DNA of 64,000 nucleotides, taken from positions 83,953 through 147,952 of the forward strand of contig CAZSLI010000004.1 of assembly GCA_964607705.1 (NCBI GenBank), in the 5' to 3' direction. Shown here in pieces: positions 17,143-27,012 of the stretch. The stretch is from an uncultured Eubacteriales bacterium (lineage in GTDB: Bacteria; Actinomycetota; Coriobacteriia; Anaerosomatales; PHET01). Every line of letters starts with the position of its first letter. The first letter of the stretch is position 1. Under the pieces are notes generated by a model. That model saw only the letters and a list, made by a program, of their open reading frames with translations, did no database searches and was not told the origin of the DNA. The translations under genes and the position numbers were made by a program.

Positions 17143-18896
17143 CCCGCGCCCGCCGCATCTCCGGGTCGGCACTCGCCCGGCTCGTCATCGGCTATCTGCT
17201 GATCGCCGCGGTCTTCACTTTCGCGTGGCTGTGGTCGCTTTACGGGCCGCTCACCAAGTCGGTGACCGAGCAGCAGCAGCGCAACCTGAGAGCGGTCGCC
17301 CAGTCCGCATCCCTGCTCGTCTCGGAATCGTCGCGCACGCCCACCCAGGTGGCCGAGCAGCTCGTAGCGCGCACCGACCTGCGGCTTACCATCATCGCCG
17401 CAGACGGGACCGTGATCGCCGACTCCGACTACGACCCTGCGCAGATGGAGAACCACGCGAACCGTCCCGAGGTCGCCGCCGCGCTGGACGGCGTTGTCGG
17501 CAGCGCCCGACGTACGTCGCGAACGGAAGGAAACGCCCAGCTGTACATCGCGGTGCCGAGCCAGCTCGGCGGGCAGCGCATCGCGGTGAGGGTCTCCCAG
17601 CCGGTCGCCCAGATCAGCCAGATAGCTGCGAACGCACGCCAGGTGGGACTGCTGCTTCTCGCCTGCGCCCTCGCGGCCGCCGGGGTCATCGGCTGGATCA
17701 TCACGCGGACGATCGCACGCCCCGTCCAGGCTCTCGGCGAGTCGGCCGAGCGGATGGCGGCGGGCGACCTCAGCGTGCCGGTACCTGACGTCCCCACGGA
17801 TCTTCGGCCGCTCGCCACCGCACTGGTCGACCTGCGCCAACAGGTGAAGAGCCGCATCGATGCGCTCGAGGCCGAACAAGCCACCCTGCGGACGACTCTG
17901 GACGGGCTGGCCGACGCCGTGCTGGTGCTCGAGGAGGGCAGGATCATACTGGCCAACAGGCGAGCCGACGACCTGCTCAGGACCCCTGAGGGCGGCTGGG
18001 AAGGCGCTGACCTGCGCACGGCGCTACCCGGCGCGCTCGGGGCTGCGGTCGAGACGCACCTCGGCACCGACTCGCCGGTCGCCCTCGACCTTGAGCCCGA
18101 GCCCACCGGGCGCACTCTCCGGCTCATGGTCGCCCCGCTCGGCGAACTCACGGCGAGCGACCGTCGCGTGGTCATCATCGCCGATATCACGCAGAGCACG
18201 CTTCTGGACTCGGTGCGCCAGAACTTCGTGGCCAACGCGAGCCACGAGCTCAAGACGCCCGTCGCCGGCATCAAGCTGCTGGCCGAGTCGGCCGCTCAGG
18301 CCGCAAGCGACGGCGACGACGAGCAGGCGGTGATCTTCGCCCGCCAGATCGCCGAGGAGGTCACCCGTCTGCAGCGGCTCGTGGGCGACCTTCTCGACCT
18401 GTCACGCCTCGAGTCGCTCCCCTCGCCCGGCGTTCTGACCGAGGTCCGGCAGGCACTCGATAACGCGGTCCTGTCGCACCGGCCCGCCGCCGCACGCAAG
18501 AGTCTCGCGCTCGACCTCGACCTCTCGGCGATCGCCGCCGAGGACGTCTACGCCCGCACCGATCCGACGGACTTCGCGATCGCGCTCGACAATCTGCTCG
18601 ACAACGCGATCAACTACACCGATGCAGGCGGCGTGTCCGTCACGGTGGCGGCCGACGATAGCGTGGTCACCATCACCGTCAGTGACAGCGGTCGCGGCAT
18701 CGCGCCGGAGCACCTGCCCCGGGTGTTCGAGCGGTTCTACCGCGCGGATGCGGGGCGGTCGCGCGAGAGTGGCGGAACGGGACTTGGACTCGCCCTGGTC
18801 AAGCACGTTGCCGAGCGCTCGGGCGGCACGGTGGATGTCGAGTCGGCGCCCGGCGAGGGCTCACGTTTCCGACTGACCCTCCCCCGCGCCGTCTAG
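17139..18896 (+). CDS. sensor histidine kinase (PhoR/SenX3-like)
   Basis: ATGA overlap with the regulator. Two TM segments flank a periplasmic-type domain, followed by HAMP and a PAS-like region. The H-box is NASHELKTPVAGI and the N/G boxes are DNAINYT, DSGRGI and GGTGLGLA. Confidence 0.9.
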   Translation: MTRARRISGSALARLVIGYLLIAAVFTFAWLWSLYGPLTKSVTEQQQRNLRAVAQSASLLVSESSRTPTQVAEQLVARTDLRLTIIAADGTVIADSDYDPAQMENHANRPEVAAALDGVVGSARRTSRTEGNAQLYIAVPSQLGGQRIAVRVSQPVAQISQIAANARQVGLLLLACALAAAGVIGWIITRTIARPVQALGESAERMAAGDLSVPVPDVPTDLRPLATALVDLRQQVKSRIDALEAEQATLRTTLDGLADAVLVLEEGRIILANRRADDLLRTPEGGWEGADLRTALPGALGAAVETHLGTDSPVALDLEPEPTGRTLRLMVAPLGELTASDRRVVIIADITQSTLLDSVRQNFVANASHELKTPVAGIKLLAESAAQAASDGDDEQAVIFARQIAEEVTRLQRLVGDLLDLSRLESLPSPGVLTEVRQALDNAVLSHRPAAARKSLALDLDLSAIAAEDVYARTDPTDFAIALDNLLDNAINYTDAGGVSVTVAADDSVVTITVSDSGRGIAPEHLPRVFERFYRADAGRSRESGGTGLGLALVKHVAERSGGTVDVESAPGEGSRFRLTLPRAV

Positions 18897-18924
18897 CGAG
18901 GGCACGGCGGCCACCGAGGAGCCG

Positions 18925-19578
18925 CTACGGCGCCGGCTTGAGTCCTCGGCGACGACGGCCTTCGTAGACGCTGACGAGCAGGCTCGCCCAGGCCGCCGCA
19001 AGCAGCCACGACGCGAGCACGTCGCTCGGCCAGTGCACGCCGAGGTAGACGCGCGAAGTCCCGACCAGGACCGGATACGCGAGCAGCAGCGCCGCGAAGA
19101 GAGCCTTGCGACCGGTTCGGACGTCGCTTCGCGCAAGCACGTAGCCAAGGGCGATGCTCACGCACAGCGATGCCATCGTGTGGCCTGACGGGAAGCTGAA
19201 TGAGGCCGGCAGCTTGATGATCGCGTTGTCGAGAGGAGGGCGCGGACGGTCGAATGCGTTCTTCGCTACTGTGGACAGCGCCATGCCGCCGATCACCGTC
19301 GCCGCGAAGAGTCTCGCCTGATACGGGTGACGGCCGCGCCAGAGCCACACAGAACCGGCGAGAGTGGCGAGCGTGACGCACACCGTGCCACCGGCGATGG
19401 TCATGCCGATCATCAGAGGGGTCAGGACCGGGCCGCGCCACGACTGGATGGCCGAGGAGACGACCGCGTCGAATCGGAGTACCGCCGGCGAGTAGGCGAA
19501 GTCCTCGGCAAGCTCCCAGAAGCCCGCGAGACAGACGAGAGCGACCAGAACGCCCACTATCTCCGGGTAGCGCCTCAT
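18925..19578 (-). CDS. PAP2-family lipid phosphatase
   Basis: All three PAP2 motifs are present: KNAFDRPRPP, FPSGHTMAS and SRVYLGVHWPSDVLAS. Its start overlaps the upstream stop (ATGA at 19575-19578). Confidence 0.8.
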   Translation of the reverse strand: MRRYPEIVGVLVALVCLAGFWELAEDFAYSPAVLRFDAVVSSAIQSWRGPVLTPLMIGMTIAGGTVCVTLATLAGSVWLWRGRHPYQARLFAATVIGGMALSTVAKNAFDRPRPPLDNAIIKLPASFSFPSGHTMASLCVSIALGYVLARSDVRTGRKALFAALLLAYPVLVGTSRVYLGVHWPSDVLASWLLAAAWASLLVSVYEGRRRRGLKPAP

Positions 19579-21203
19579 GAGCCCGCAGAGGCGACGAGGG
19601 GGGCTGCTACCTGCTTCTTGCGAGACAGTACGCCAGGCATCCAGGCCGATCCGGCGGCCAGGTCGATACCGAGAGCCCGCTCCACCACGCGGACCTTGCC
19701 GACGGCGAAGATCTCGCTGCCCTCGCGCACGATGTCGGTCGCCATGAGGACGACGGCGTCATAGCCGCGCGCGCCGCGCAGGGACTCCATCTCCTCGGTG
19801 ACCTCTGAGCGGTGCTCGAGCAGCTCGGTGAGGTCGACCGTCTCGTACTGTGCGATGGCGATCACGGCGTCCCCGGCATGGAACTCCTTCATGTCGGTGC
19901 GCGTCACCGCCTCGGCCGAGAAGGGGTGCCCGGCTGCCCGGCTGCGGAAGATCTCCATGCCGAAGTCGAGCGGCTCAACACCCACCTGTCGTGCGAGGTC
20001 CGCGCAGACTCGGCGGTCGACCTCGGTGGTCGTGGGCGACTTGAGGATCACGGTATCGGTCAGCAACGCACCGAGCAGAATCCCCGCGATGGCCACAGGA
20101 ATCTCGACACCCAGCTGCTCGTAGCGCGTGGCGACGATCGTGGCAGTCGAGCCGACCGGCAGGTTCACGAACAGGATCGGCCCGGCGGACTGGATATCGC
20201 CCACGCGGTGGTGGTCGACGATCTCGGCCACGTCGGCGTCCTCGATACCGAGCGCCGATTGCGCCGACTCGTTGTGGTCGACCAGCACGACCCGTCGCCG
20301 GATGCCGCGTGCAACGTTCGTGCGCGTCACGATCCCGATCACGCGGTCGGCGCCGTCCACGACGACAGCCTCCCGGTGCGGGCTCGCGAGCAGGTCCTCG
20401 GCAGCCTCGGCCAGAAGCGTCTCGGCACCGCAGCGCATGACATCGGTCGCCATGAGATCGCCGACGGCGTGCGCGAGGCCCACGATCCTTGCCGCCGAGT
20501 ACGCGTCCTGCGCAGTGGTGATGACCGCGGCGCCACGGGCGCGAGCAAGCTGCAGCATCTCCTCGGTGGGCTGGGCGCCACCCGTGAGCACGAGCGCGGC
20601 CGCTCCGGCCTCGAGCGCCAGCAGCGGCGTGCGGAGCCGGTCGCCGACGATGAGCACGTCGCCCTCGGTTATGCGCGCCCGGACTGTCTCAGGCTCGTTG
20701 GCGCCGATGAGCACGCGCCCGGCGATGAGAGCCTCCGCGTCACCGGCCAGCAGCTCGCCGTCGAGCACGCGCACGAGCCGGCCGATCTTGACCGGCATGT
20801 CGGCGAAGCCGGCGATCTCGAACTCCTCGAGGTAGCGCTCGGCGAGGCTGCGCTGGCTCACGATGCCCACGAGCACGCCCTCGTCGTCGACCACGGGGAG
20901 CGTGCGGATGCCGTTCTCGCGCATCAGGCGGCCCGCCTCGAGCATCGGCCGGCTCGGGTCGATGGTGACCACGTCGTCGGTCATGACGTCTCGCACCCGG
21001 GTGTGGACGTGGGCGATCTCCTCGGGCAGCTCGAGGCCGAAGCGCTCGAACAGCCACGCCGTCTCGCCTGGAACCGGTCCGAGGCGCGCCGGCAGGTAGA
21101 CGCTGGCCGGGTCGGTCAGGTTCTTGAGATGCGCGTAGGCGACCGCTGAGCAGATCGAGTCGTTGTCGGGATTGCGGTGGCCGAAGACGAGGACGGGTCC
21201 CAC
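19575..21203 (-). CDS. CBS/DRTGG-domain-containing family II inorganic pyrophosphatase (DHH-DHHA2)
   Basis: The DHH N-terminus is FGHRNPDNDSICSAV. A CBS pair plus a DRTGG-like insert follows, then LVDHNE and IVDHHR motifs and a DHHA2-like C-terminus. Confidence 0.8.
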   Translation of the reverse strand: MGPVLVFGHRNPDNDSICSAVAYAHLKNLTDPASVYLPARLGPVPGETAWLFERFGLELPEEIAHVHTRVRDVMTDDVVTIDPSRPMLEAGRLMRENGIRTLPVVDDEGVLVGIVSQRSLAERYLEEFEIAGFADMPVKIGRLVRVLDGELLAGDAEALIAGRVLIGANEPETVRARITEGDVLIVGDRLRTPLLALEAGAAALVLTGGAQPTEEMLQLARARGAAVITTAQDAYSAARIVGLAHAVGDLMATDVMRCGAETLLAEAAEDLLASPHREAVVVDGADRVIGIVTRTNVARGIRRRVVLVDHNESAQSALGIEDADVAEIVDHHRVGDIQSAGPILFVNLPVGSTATIVATRYEQLGVEIPVAIAGILLGALLTDTVILKSPTTTEVDRRVCADLARQVGVEPLDFGMEIFRSRAAGHPFSAEAVTRTDMKEFHAGDAVIAIAQYETVDLTELLEHRSEVTEEMESLRGARGYDAVVLMATDIVREGSEIFAVGKVRVVERALGIDLAAGSAWMPGVLSRKKQVAAPLVASAGS

Positions 21204-21240
21204 GAGGTTGCCTCCCTAACGCGGCGTACGGTGCGCGCCG

Positions 21241-23502
21241 CTACTGCTTCAGCTTCACGATGAGAGCATAGCCGACCAGCAGCTTCTTGGTCTCGCGGGT
21301 CCGATCGAAGCGGATCGAGAGCTGGTCGCCCTTCACCTCGATGACGGTACCCCTTCCGAACGTCTTGTGGTCGACGGCGTCGCCCACCTCGAACGTCTCG
21401 GAGGCCTGCTTGGGCGCCTTGGCGGCCGGCTTCGTGCCGAATCCCGAGCCTGCGTCGACAGTCCCGGCTCTTGGAGCCCCGCTGCCGAAGACCCGGCCCT
21501 CTCCCCTGCTGCCGGTCCCGAACGTGCCGCGCCGGTCGCCACGCTTCTCCCAGCCGCTTCCGCTCAGCCCCTGCGATCCCACGCCGGACACCGTCAGGTG
21601 CTCCTCGGGTATCTCGCCGATGAACCGGCTCGCCGGGTTGTGCTGCGTCGTGCCGAAGATCGAGCGTGCATGCGCGTGCGTCAGGTACAGCCGCTCGCGG
21701 GCGCGCGTGATCGCGACGTAGGCGAGCCGGCGCTCCTCCTCGAGGCCGGACGGGTCGAACATCGAGTTCGCGTGCGGGAAGATCGACTCCTCGAGACCGG
21801 CCACGAACACGACCGGGAATTCGAGGCCCTTGGCGGTGTGGACGGTCATGAGCGTGACGTTCTCGTCGCCCTCGGCGAGCTGGTCGAGGTCGGTGCGCAG
21901 CGCAAGCCATTCCATGAACGCCGGCAGGCTCGGCTCCTCGTGCGCCTCGGAGAACTCGCTGACAACGCCGAAGAACTCCTTGATGTTCTCGACGCGGCCG
22001 CGCGACTCGTCGGTGTTCTCCGCTTCGAGCGCGGTGACGAGGCCGGACTTCTCGGCGATCATCTCGACGAGGTCTCGCAGGTCGCCTTCCATGGCCCGCA
22101 GTTCGTCGAGCATCTGCACGAAGCCGAGGAGCGCCCCGCGCGTGCGAGCCTGGTGCCCGGAGTCCTCGAGTGCGTCGCGCAGGGCCATCTCGAAGCCGAT
22201 GCCGCGTGAGCGGGCGTCCTGCTCGATGCGCTCGATGGTGGTGTCGCCGATCCCTCGGCGAGGCGTGTTGATGATGCGTTTGAGCGCGATCTCGTCGGCG
22301 GGGTTCACGACGGCCTTGAGGTACGACGTGAGGTCGCGGATCTCGGCGCGGTCGAAGAAGCGCGTGCCGCCGACGATCCGGTACGGCACCCCCGCGCGCA
22401 GGAGCGCGTCTTCGAGCGAGCGGCTCTGGGCGTTCGTGCGATAGAAGACCGCGAAGTCGGTGTAGCGGCGGTCCTCCTTGCGCATGAGCGACTCGATCTC
22501 TGCCGCGATGAAGCGTGCCTCGTCACGCTCGTCGCTCGCCAGGTAGCTCGATATCTTCTCGCCCTCGGCGTTCTCGGTGTAGAGCGTCTTGGGCTTGCGG
22601 CTCGCGTTGTTGGCGACGACCGCGTTGGCGGCCATCAGGATGCGCGCCGTCGAGCGGTAGTTCTGCTCGAGCTTGACGACCTTGGCCGCCGGCCAGTCCC
22701 GCTCGAACTCGAGGATGTTGCGGATGTCCGCGCCGCGCCATGAGTAGATCGACTGGTCGTCGTCGCCGACCACCATGAGGTTGCCGTGCCCGCTCGCGAG
22801 CAGCTGGGTGATCTTGTACTGCGCGGCGTTGGTGTCCTGGTACTCGTCCACGCTGATGTAGCGGAAGCGCTCAGCGTAGGCGAGGCGGACGTCGACGTGG
22901 CCGGCGAGCAGTCGGTGCGCCTCGACAAGCAGGTCGTCGAAGTCCATCGCATTGCTCTCGCGCAGACGCTGCTGATAGAGCGGGAAGATCTTCGTGACCG
23001 CCTTGTCGAGCGGCGTGAAGGCCTTCGCTCCGAACTCACCCGGGTCCACGAGCTCGTTCTTCGCCGAGGAGATCCGATTGCGCACCGAGTTCACCGGGTA
23101 GCGCTTCTCGTCGTACTCGAGCTCGCGCATGACCGACTTCATCATCCGCTTGCTGTCGTCATCGTCGTAGATGGTGAAGTTGGAGGTGAACCCGAGCTTC
23201 TCGGCGTCCATGCGCAGCATGCGCACGCACATCGCGTGGAAGGTCATGACCCACATCGAGCGCACGCCGTAGCCGAGCTGCGCGGAAAGCCGCTCGCGCA
23301 TCTCGGCGGCGGCCTTGTTGGTGAAGGTGATCGCGAGGATCTCGTGCGGGCTCACGCCGAGGTCGGCGACCAGATGCGCGATGCGGAAGGTGAGCACCCG
23401 CGTCTTGCCCGAGCCGGCTCCCGCGAGGACGAGAAGCGGACCCTCGGTGGTCTCGACGGCGTCGCGCTGGGCAGGGTTGAGTGAGGTGAGATCGATAGCC
23501 AT
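21241..23502 (-). CDS. pcrA: ATP-dependent DNA helicase PcrA/UvrD
   Basis: The start is MAIDLTSLNPAQ (cat at 23500-23502). Walker A is AGAGSGKT and motif II is DEYQDTN. The C-terminal Tudor-like segment is FEVGDAVDHKTFGRGTV. Confidence 0.9.
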   Translation of the reverse strand: MAIDLTSLNPAQRDAVETTEGPLLVLAGAGSGKTRVLTFRIAHLVADLGVSPHEILAITFTNKAAAEMRERLSAQLGYGVRSMWVMTFHAMCVRMLRMDAEKLGFTSNFTIYDDDDSKRMMKSVMRELEYDEKRYPVNSVRNRISSAKNELVDPGEFGAKAFTPLDKAVTKIFPLYQQRLRESNAMDFDDLLVEAHRLLAGHVDVRLAYAERFRYISVDEYQDTNAAQYKITQLLASGHGNLMVVGDDDQSIYSWRGADIRNILEFERDWPAAKVVKLEQNYRSTARILMAANAVVANNASRKPKTLYTENAEGEKISSYLASDERDEARFIAAEIESLMRKEDRRYTDFAVFYRTNAQSRSLEDALLRAGVPYRIVGGTRFFDRAEIRDLTSYLKAVVNPADEIALKRIINTPRRGIGDTTIERIEQDARSRGIGFEMALRDALEDSGHQARTRGALLGFVQMLDELRAMEGDLRDLVEMIAEKSGLVTALEAENTDESRGRVENIKEFFGVVSEFSEAHEEPSLPAFMEWLALRTDLDQLAEGDENVTLMTVHTAKGLEFPVVFVAGLEESIFPHANSMFDPSGLEEERRLAYVAITRARERLYLTHAHARSIFGTTQHNPASRFIGEIPEEHLTVSGVGSQGLSGSGWEKRGDRRGTFGTGSRGEGRVFGSGAPRAGTVDAGSGFGTKPAAKAPKQASETFEVGDAVDHKTFGRGTVIEVKGDQLSIRFDRTRETKKLLVGYALIVKLKQ

Positions 23503-23592
23503 AGACGAGGTAGTGTAGCACCCGCGAACGGGCCGCGCGGGACGCTCTTCAGCGGCGGTCACAAGCCTCGCCGCGGGGGTGCGCTGAGCCCC

Positions 23593-24063
23593 TCAGCGCC
23601 GCAATGTCGCGATGAGCCGCCGAGGATCCGTGAGAAGCCCGAGGGCGTCCACGATGCTCGTGACGACCACGTCCGCCGACCGGACCGCTCCCACGGCGAC
23701 GCCCTCCCCGCCCACGACCGCTATGCCGAGCGCGGCGTCCCTTAGGGCGAGCTCGTCGTTAGCGCCGTTGCCGATGACGACGACTCCGTCTGCGCCGAGC
23801 TCGTCGACCACGTCCAGTTTCGACTCCGCCTCGCGGTCCCGTCCGACCAGCCGCATCTGCGCCCCAAGGTCCTCGGCGATGCGTGCACCGTTGCCCCGGG
23901 TGTCGGCGGTGAGCAGGACGACCCGCAGCGACGGCTTGAGTGCCGCGACCGCCTCGCCGGCGCCTGGCACGAGCTCGCCGTCGACCGCGACGGTGCCGTT
24001 CAGGTCGAGAACGAGATACTCGAGCTCGAGCAGCGCGTGCCCCGGTATCTCGACCGTCAGCAT
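23593..24063 (-). CDS. HAD-superfamily hydrolase (soluble P-type-ATPase-like, COG4087 type)
   Basis: A short HAD core with LVLDLNGT (DxxGT-like) and GNGANDELALR (GDGxND-like). It overlaps the GH1 stop by 7 nt. Confidence 0.6.
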   Translation of the reverse strand: MLTVEIPGHALLELEYLVLDLNGTVAVDGELVPGAGEAVAALKPSLRVVLLTADTRGNGARIAEDLGAQMRLVGRDREAESKLDVVDELGADGVVVIGNGANDELALRDAALGIAVVGGEGVAVGAVRSADVVVTSIVDALGLLTDPRRLIATLRR

Positions 24064-25364
24064 GCTTCCATCCTCTCCTCGGCGTCCGAGCCGGCAGACG
24101 CCGCCTCGGTCTCCCGCGGCGCTTCCGGTCCGAGGCTACCCATTCCGTTAGCGTAGGTGAGCCCTGAGCCGATGCCGTCGGCGAGAGCGTTCTCGGCGAT
24201 CACCCGGGCGTAGAGCGCCGAGGACGGCCGAAGCGTCCGCTCGAACGTGTCGTAGTCGACCGCGGCCAGTCCGAAGCGCGGCCAGAACCCGTGCGCCCAC
24301 TCGTAGTTGTCGATGAGCGACCAGTGAAGGTAGCCGCGCAGGTCCGCCCCGTCCTCGATGGCGCGATGCACCCAAGCGAGATGGTCGACGATGAAGAGCC
24401 CCCGCTGGACGTCCCCGGCGTCAGCCAGGCCGTTCTCGGTGACCAGCATGGGCAGGCGGTAGCGGCGCCACGCGCGCATGATGACCTCGTAGATTCCCTG
24501 CGGATAGATCCGCCAGCCGAGGTCCGTGCGCGGCCAGTCGCCGTCCTCGTCGTCGATCGCGAACGTCGTGGTCGGCGAGTCGTGGTAGTACTGCACGCCG
24601 AGCCAGTCGAGGTCGCGAGCGACCATGTCGAGGAACAGGTCGTTCGACAGCCAGTTCCACCACGCCTGCATCGGCACCGAGAAGCGGCCACCCTCGTCGG
24701 CAGCGTGAGGCCAGGCCAGCACGTGAGTCAGCCCTACGACGGTGTCCTCGCCGAGGACGCTCTTGATCGCCGAGCGCGCAGCCGCATGACCCTTCGCGAG
24801 CCCCCGGTACACCAGATACGCCCCCAGCCACGCGTCGCGGCGACCCGGCGGCCACGTGCCGACGATGTAGCCGCGCCACACGTACGTGTTCGCTTCGTTG
24901 ATGGTGGCCCAATGGTCGACGAGCGCACCGAGCCGCTCGGCCACTACCGTCGCGTAGGCACCGAAGCGCTGGGGCGCCTCGCGCCACATCCAGTCGTTGA
25001 CCGACGTCATCCACGCGGGGTTGGTGAAATGCCACAGCAGCACCATGGTCTGCAGCCCACGCCGCCGCGCCTCGCCGAGGACCTCGGCGTAGTGGTCGAG
25101 AGCCGCTTGGTCGTACACGCCCGGCGTCGGCTCGATCCGGGCCCACTCGACCGAGATGCGAAAGACGCTCAGGCCGAGTTCGCAGGCGAGGTCGAGATCC
25201 TCTCGCCAGCGGTTCCAAGAGTCGCAGGCTTGGCCGGAAGGCTCGTGGGAGCGCCCTTCGTTCTCCCACGCCCACCAGTCGTTGAGGATGTTGCCGCCCT
25301 CGATCTGATGAGCGGCGGTGGATGCGCCCCAGAGGAATCCCGGCGGAAAGGTGCGATCAGGCAT
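24057..25364 (-). CDS. glycoside hydrolase family 1 beta-glucosidase
   Basis: The N-terminus FLWGASTAAHQIEG, the acid/base region TINEAN and the nucleophile motif VTENG fit the GH1 pattern throughout. Confidence 0.85.
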   Translation of the reverse strand: MPDRTFPPGFLWGASTAAHQIEGGNILNDWWAWENEGRSHEPSGQACDSWNRWREDLDLACELGLSVFRISVEWARIEPTPGVYDQAALDHYAEVLGEARRRGLQTMVLLWHFTNPAWMTSVNDWMWREAPQRFGAYATVVAERLGALVDHWATINEANTYVWRGYIVGTWPPGRRDAWLGAYLVYRGLAKGHAAARSAIKSVLGEDTVVGLTHVLAWPHAADEGGRFSVPMQAWWNWLSNDLFLDMVARDLDWLGVQYYHDSPTTTFAIDDEDGDWPRTDLGWRIYPQGIYEVIMRAWRRYRLPMLVTENGLADAGDVQRGLFIVDHLAWVHRAIEDGADLRGYLHWSLIDNYEWAHGFWPRFGLAAVDYDTFERTLRPSSALYARVIAENALADGIGSGLTYANGMGSLGPEAPRETEAASAGSDAEERMEAC

Positions 25365-25410
25365 TTCGAAACTCCGTGCGCTCGGCGGTGTGAGGGGTTC
25401 TTGAGAGTAT

Positions 25411-25788
25411 CTACCGCACGAACTTGATCATCTTGAATCCCTCGTCATTGTGGCGCAGGCACTCCCGATGCGTCACCTGCCGAGCGCCGCCGGAGTACTG
25501 AATGTTTCCGCAGTGCTCGCACACAGTGCGGTGGCAGACGTGGCACTCACCCAGCCGGCGAGTCGCACGCGTACCGCAATGAGGGCAGCTCTCTATGAAT
25601 CGCTCGGCCGGCTCCACGCCACGCGCTCCCCCATCGAACTCGGGCCCAGCAAAAGCGGCCGCAACACCCATGGCGTGTCCTGGCCTCACCTTGCGCTTTC
25701 GCTTCAAAGGCCGCTCCTCCTCCCCGCCATTCGGTAAGCGGCCCGGAAAGCAGAATGGCCCCGCTTCCGCGAGGCCATTCGGTGTCAC
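25411..25788 (-). CDS. small cysteine-rich zinc-ribbon protein (start uncertain; alternative ATG at 25671)
   Basis: CPHC-x11-CHVC-x4-CEHC..HREC gives eight potential metal ligands in about 45 aa. It sits 16 nt downstream of the DAHP synthase stop. Confidence 0.4.
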   Translation of the reverse strand: MTPNGLAEAGPFCFPGRLPNGGEEERPLKRKRKVRPGHAMGVAAAFAGPEFDGGARGVEPAERFIESCPHCGTRATRRLGECHVCHRTVCEHCGNIQYSGGARQVTHRECLRHNDEGFKMIKFVR

Positions 25789-25803
25789 GCGCTGTTGCGG
25801 CGG

Positions 25804-26601
25804 CTAGCGCAGTTCGCTGTCCACTGCGCCGGCTACGCGGTCGAGGTCTGCGACCAACGCCTGCAGACCCGGCAGGTCGAGCGACTGTGGACCGTCGCAG
25901 AGTGCCTCGCGCGGGTTGGGGTGCACCTCGACCATGATGCCGTCAGCACCGATGGCCACGGCCGCGCGGCTGATCGCCGGCACGAGGTCGACTCGTCCGG
26001 CCGGGTGTGAGACGTCCACGATGATGGGGAGCAGCGAGAGCGTCTTGACGACGGGCACCGCCGTGATGTCGAGCGTGAAGCGATATGCGGTCTCAAAGGT
26101 GCGGATACCGCGCTCGCACAGGATCACGTTGTCGTTGCCGTTCATCGTGATGTAGTTGCTCGCCTGCAGCCACTCCTCGATGGTGGCCGCCATGCCGCGC
26201 TTGAAGACGACGGGCTTGCCGCTGTCGGCGGTCACTTCACCAAGCTTCTTGAGCAGACTGAAGTTCGCCATGTTCCTCGTGCCCACCTGCAGCATGTCCG
26301 AGTAGGCATCGACCGTCTCGGCATGCGCCGAGTCGGTCACCTCGGTGACCACGAGCAGGCCGTACTCGTCGGCGGCCTCGCGCATGATCTTGAGGCCCTC
26401 TTCCTCGAGGCCCTGGAACGAGAACGGCGAGGTCCTCGGCTTGTAGGCGCCGCCGCGCATGACCTTGATGCCGAGCTCCTTGAGCGTCCCGGCGACCTCC
26501 CGCATCTGCTCCCGGCTCTCGACCGAGCACGGTCCCGCGATGATGGTGCAACCGGCGTCGCGAGTGACCGCGCCGATCGCCGGAGCGTTCTGCCCGGCCA
26601 T
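25804..26601 (-). CDS. 3-deoxy-7-phosphoheptulonate (DAHP) synthase, type I-beta (KDO8PS-like)
   Basis: [27 protein letters not shown] and VDVSH are typical. The start at 26601 overlaps the chorismate mutase stop (TGATG). Confidence 0.85.
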   Translation of the reverse strand: MAGQNAPAIGAVTRDAGCTIIAGPCSVESREQMREVAGTLKELGIKVMRGGAYKPRTSPFSFQGLEEEGLKIMREAADEYGLLVVTEVTDSAHAETVDAYSDMLQVGTRNMANFSLLKKLGEVTADSGKPVVFKRGMAATIEEWLQASNYITMNGNDNVILCERGIRTFETAYRFTLDITAVPVVKTLSLLPIIVDVSHPAGRVDLVPAISRAAVAIGADGIMVEVHPNPREALCDGPQSLDLPGLQALVADLDRVAGAVDSELR

Positions 26602-26879
26602 CAGTCCCTCAACTCCTTCATCACGTGAAGTATCGCGCCGAAGATCTCGCGCAGGTTCTCGGCATACAGAGGGCCGGCGTTGCACTTGGTGAGGTTGGCG
26701 AAGATCTCTTCCTCGCGCTTGGGGTCGTAGAGCCCCCAGTGGACCTGTGGCTTCAGGCTGCGGATCTCGAGCGAGTTCTTAGCGCGCTCATTGAGAAGCG
26801 CCACCAGCTGGCAATCGATCTCGTCGATCCGCGAACGGATCTCCTCGATGCGCTGCTGGGCCTCGTTGGACTCGGGCAT
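26601..26879 (-). CDS. chorismate mutase (AroQ class, CM_2)
   Basis: A 92-aa helical protein with [20 protein letters not shown] and the KREEEI pattern of AroQ mutases. Confidence 0.8.
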   Translation of the reverse strand: MPESNEAQQRIEEIRSRIDEIDCQLVALLNERAKNSLEIRSLKPQVHWGLYDPKREEEIFANLTKCNAGPLYAENLREIFGAILHVMKELRD

Positions 26880-27012
26880 GGGATGCGCCCCTTTCCTCTT
26901 GCCGCGCCTTCGGGCGCCGAACGGTTCGGAGATTATCGCACGACCGTGTCACCCGTGACCGCCCGGTTCGTACGCGGGGGCGAGACCTCGGCGAACGGCA
27001 CCGGAGTACGGA

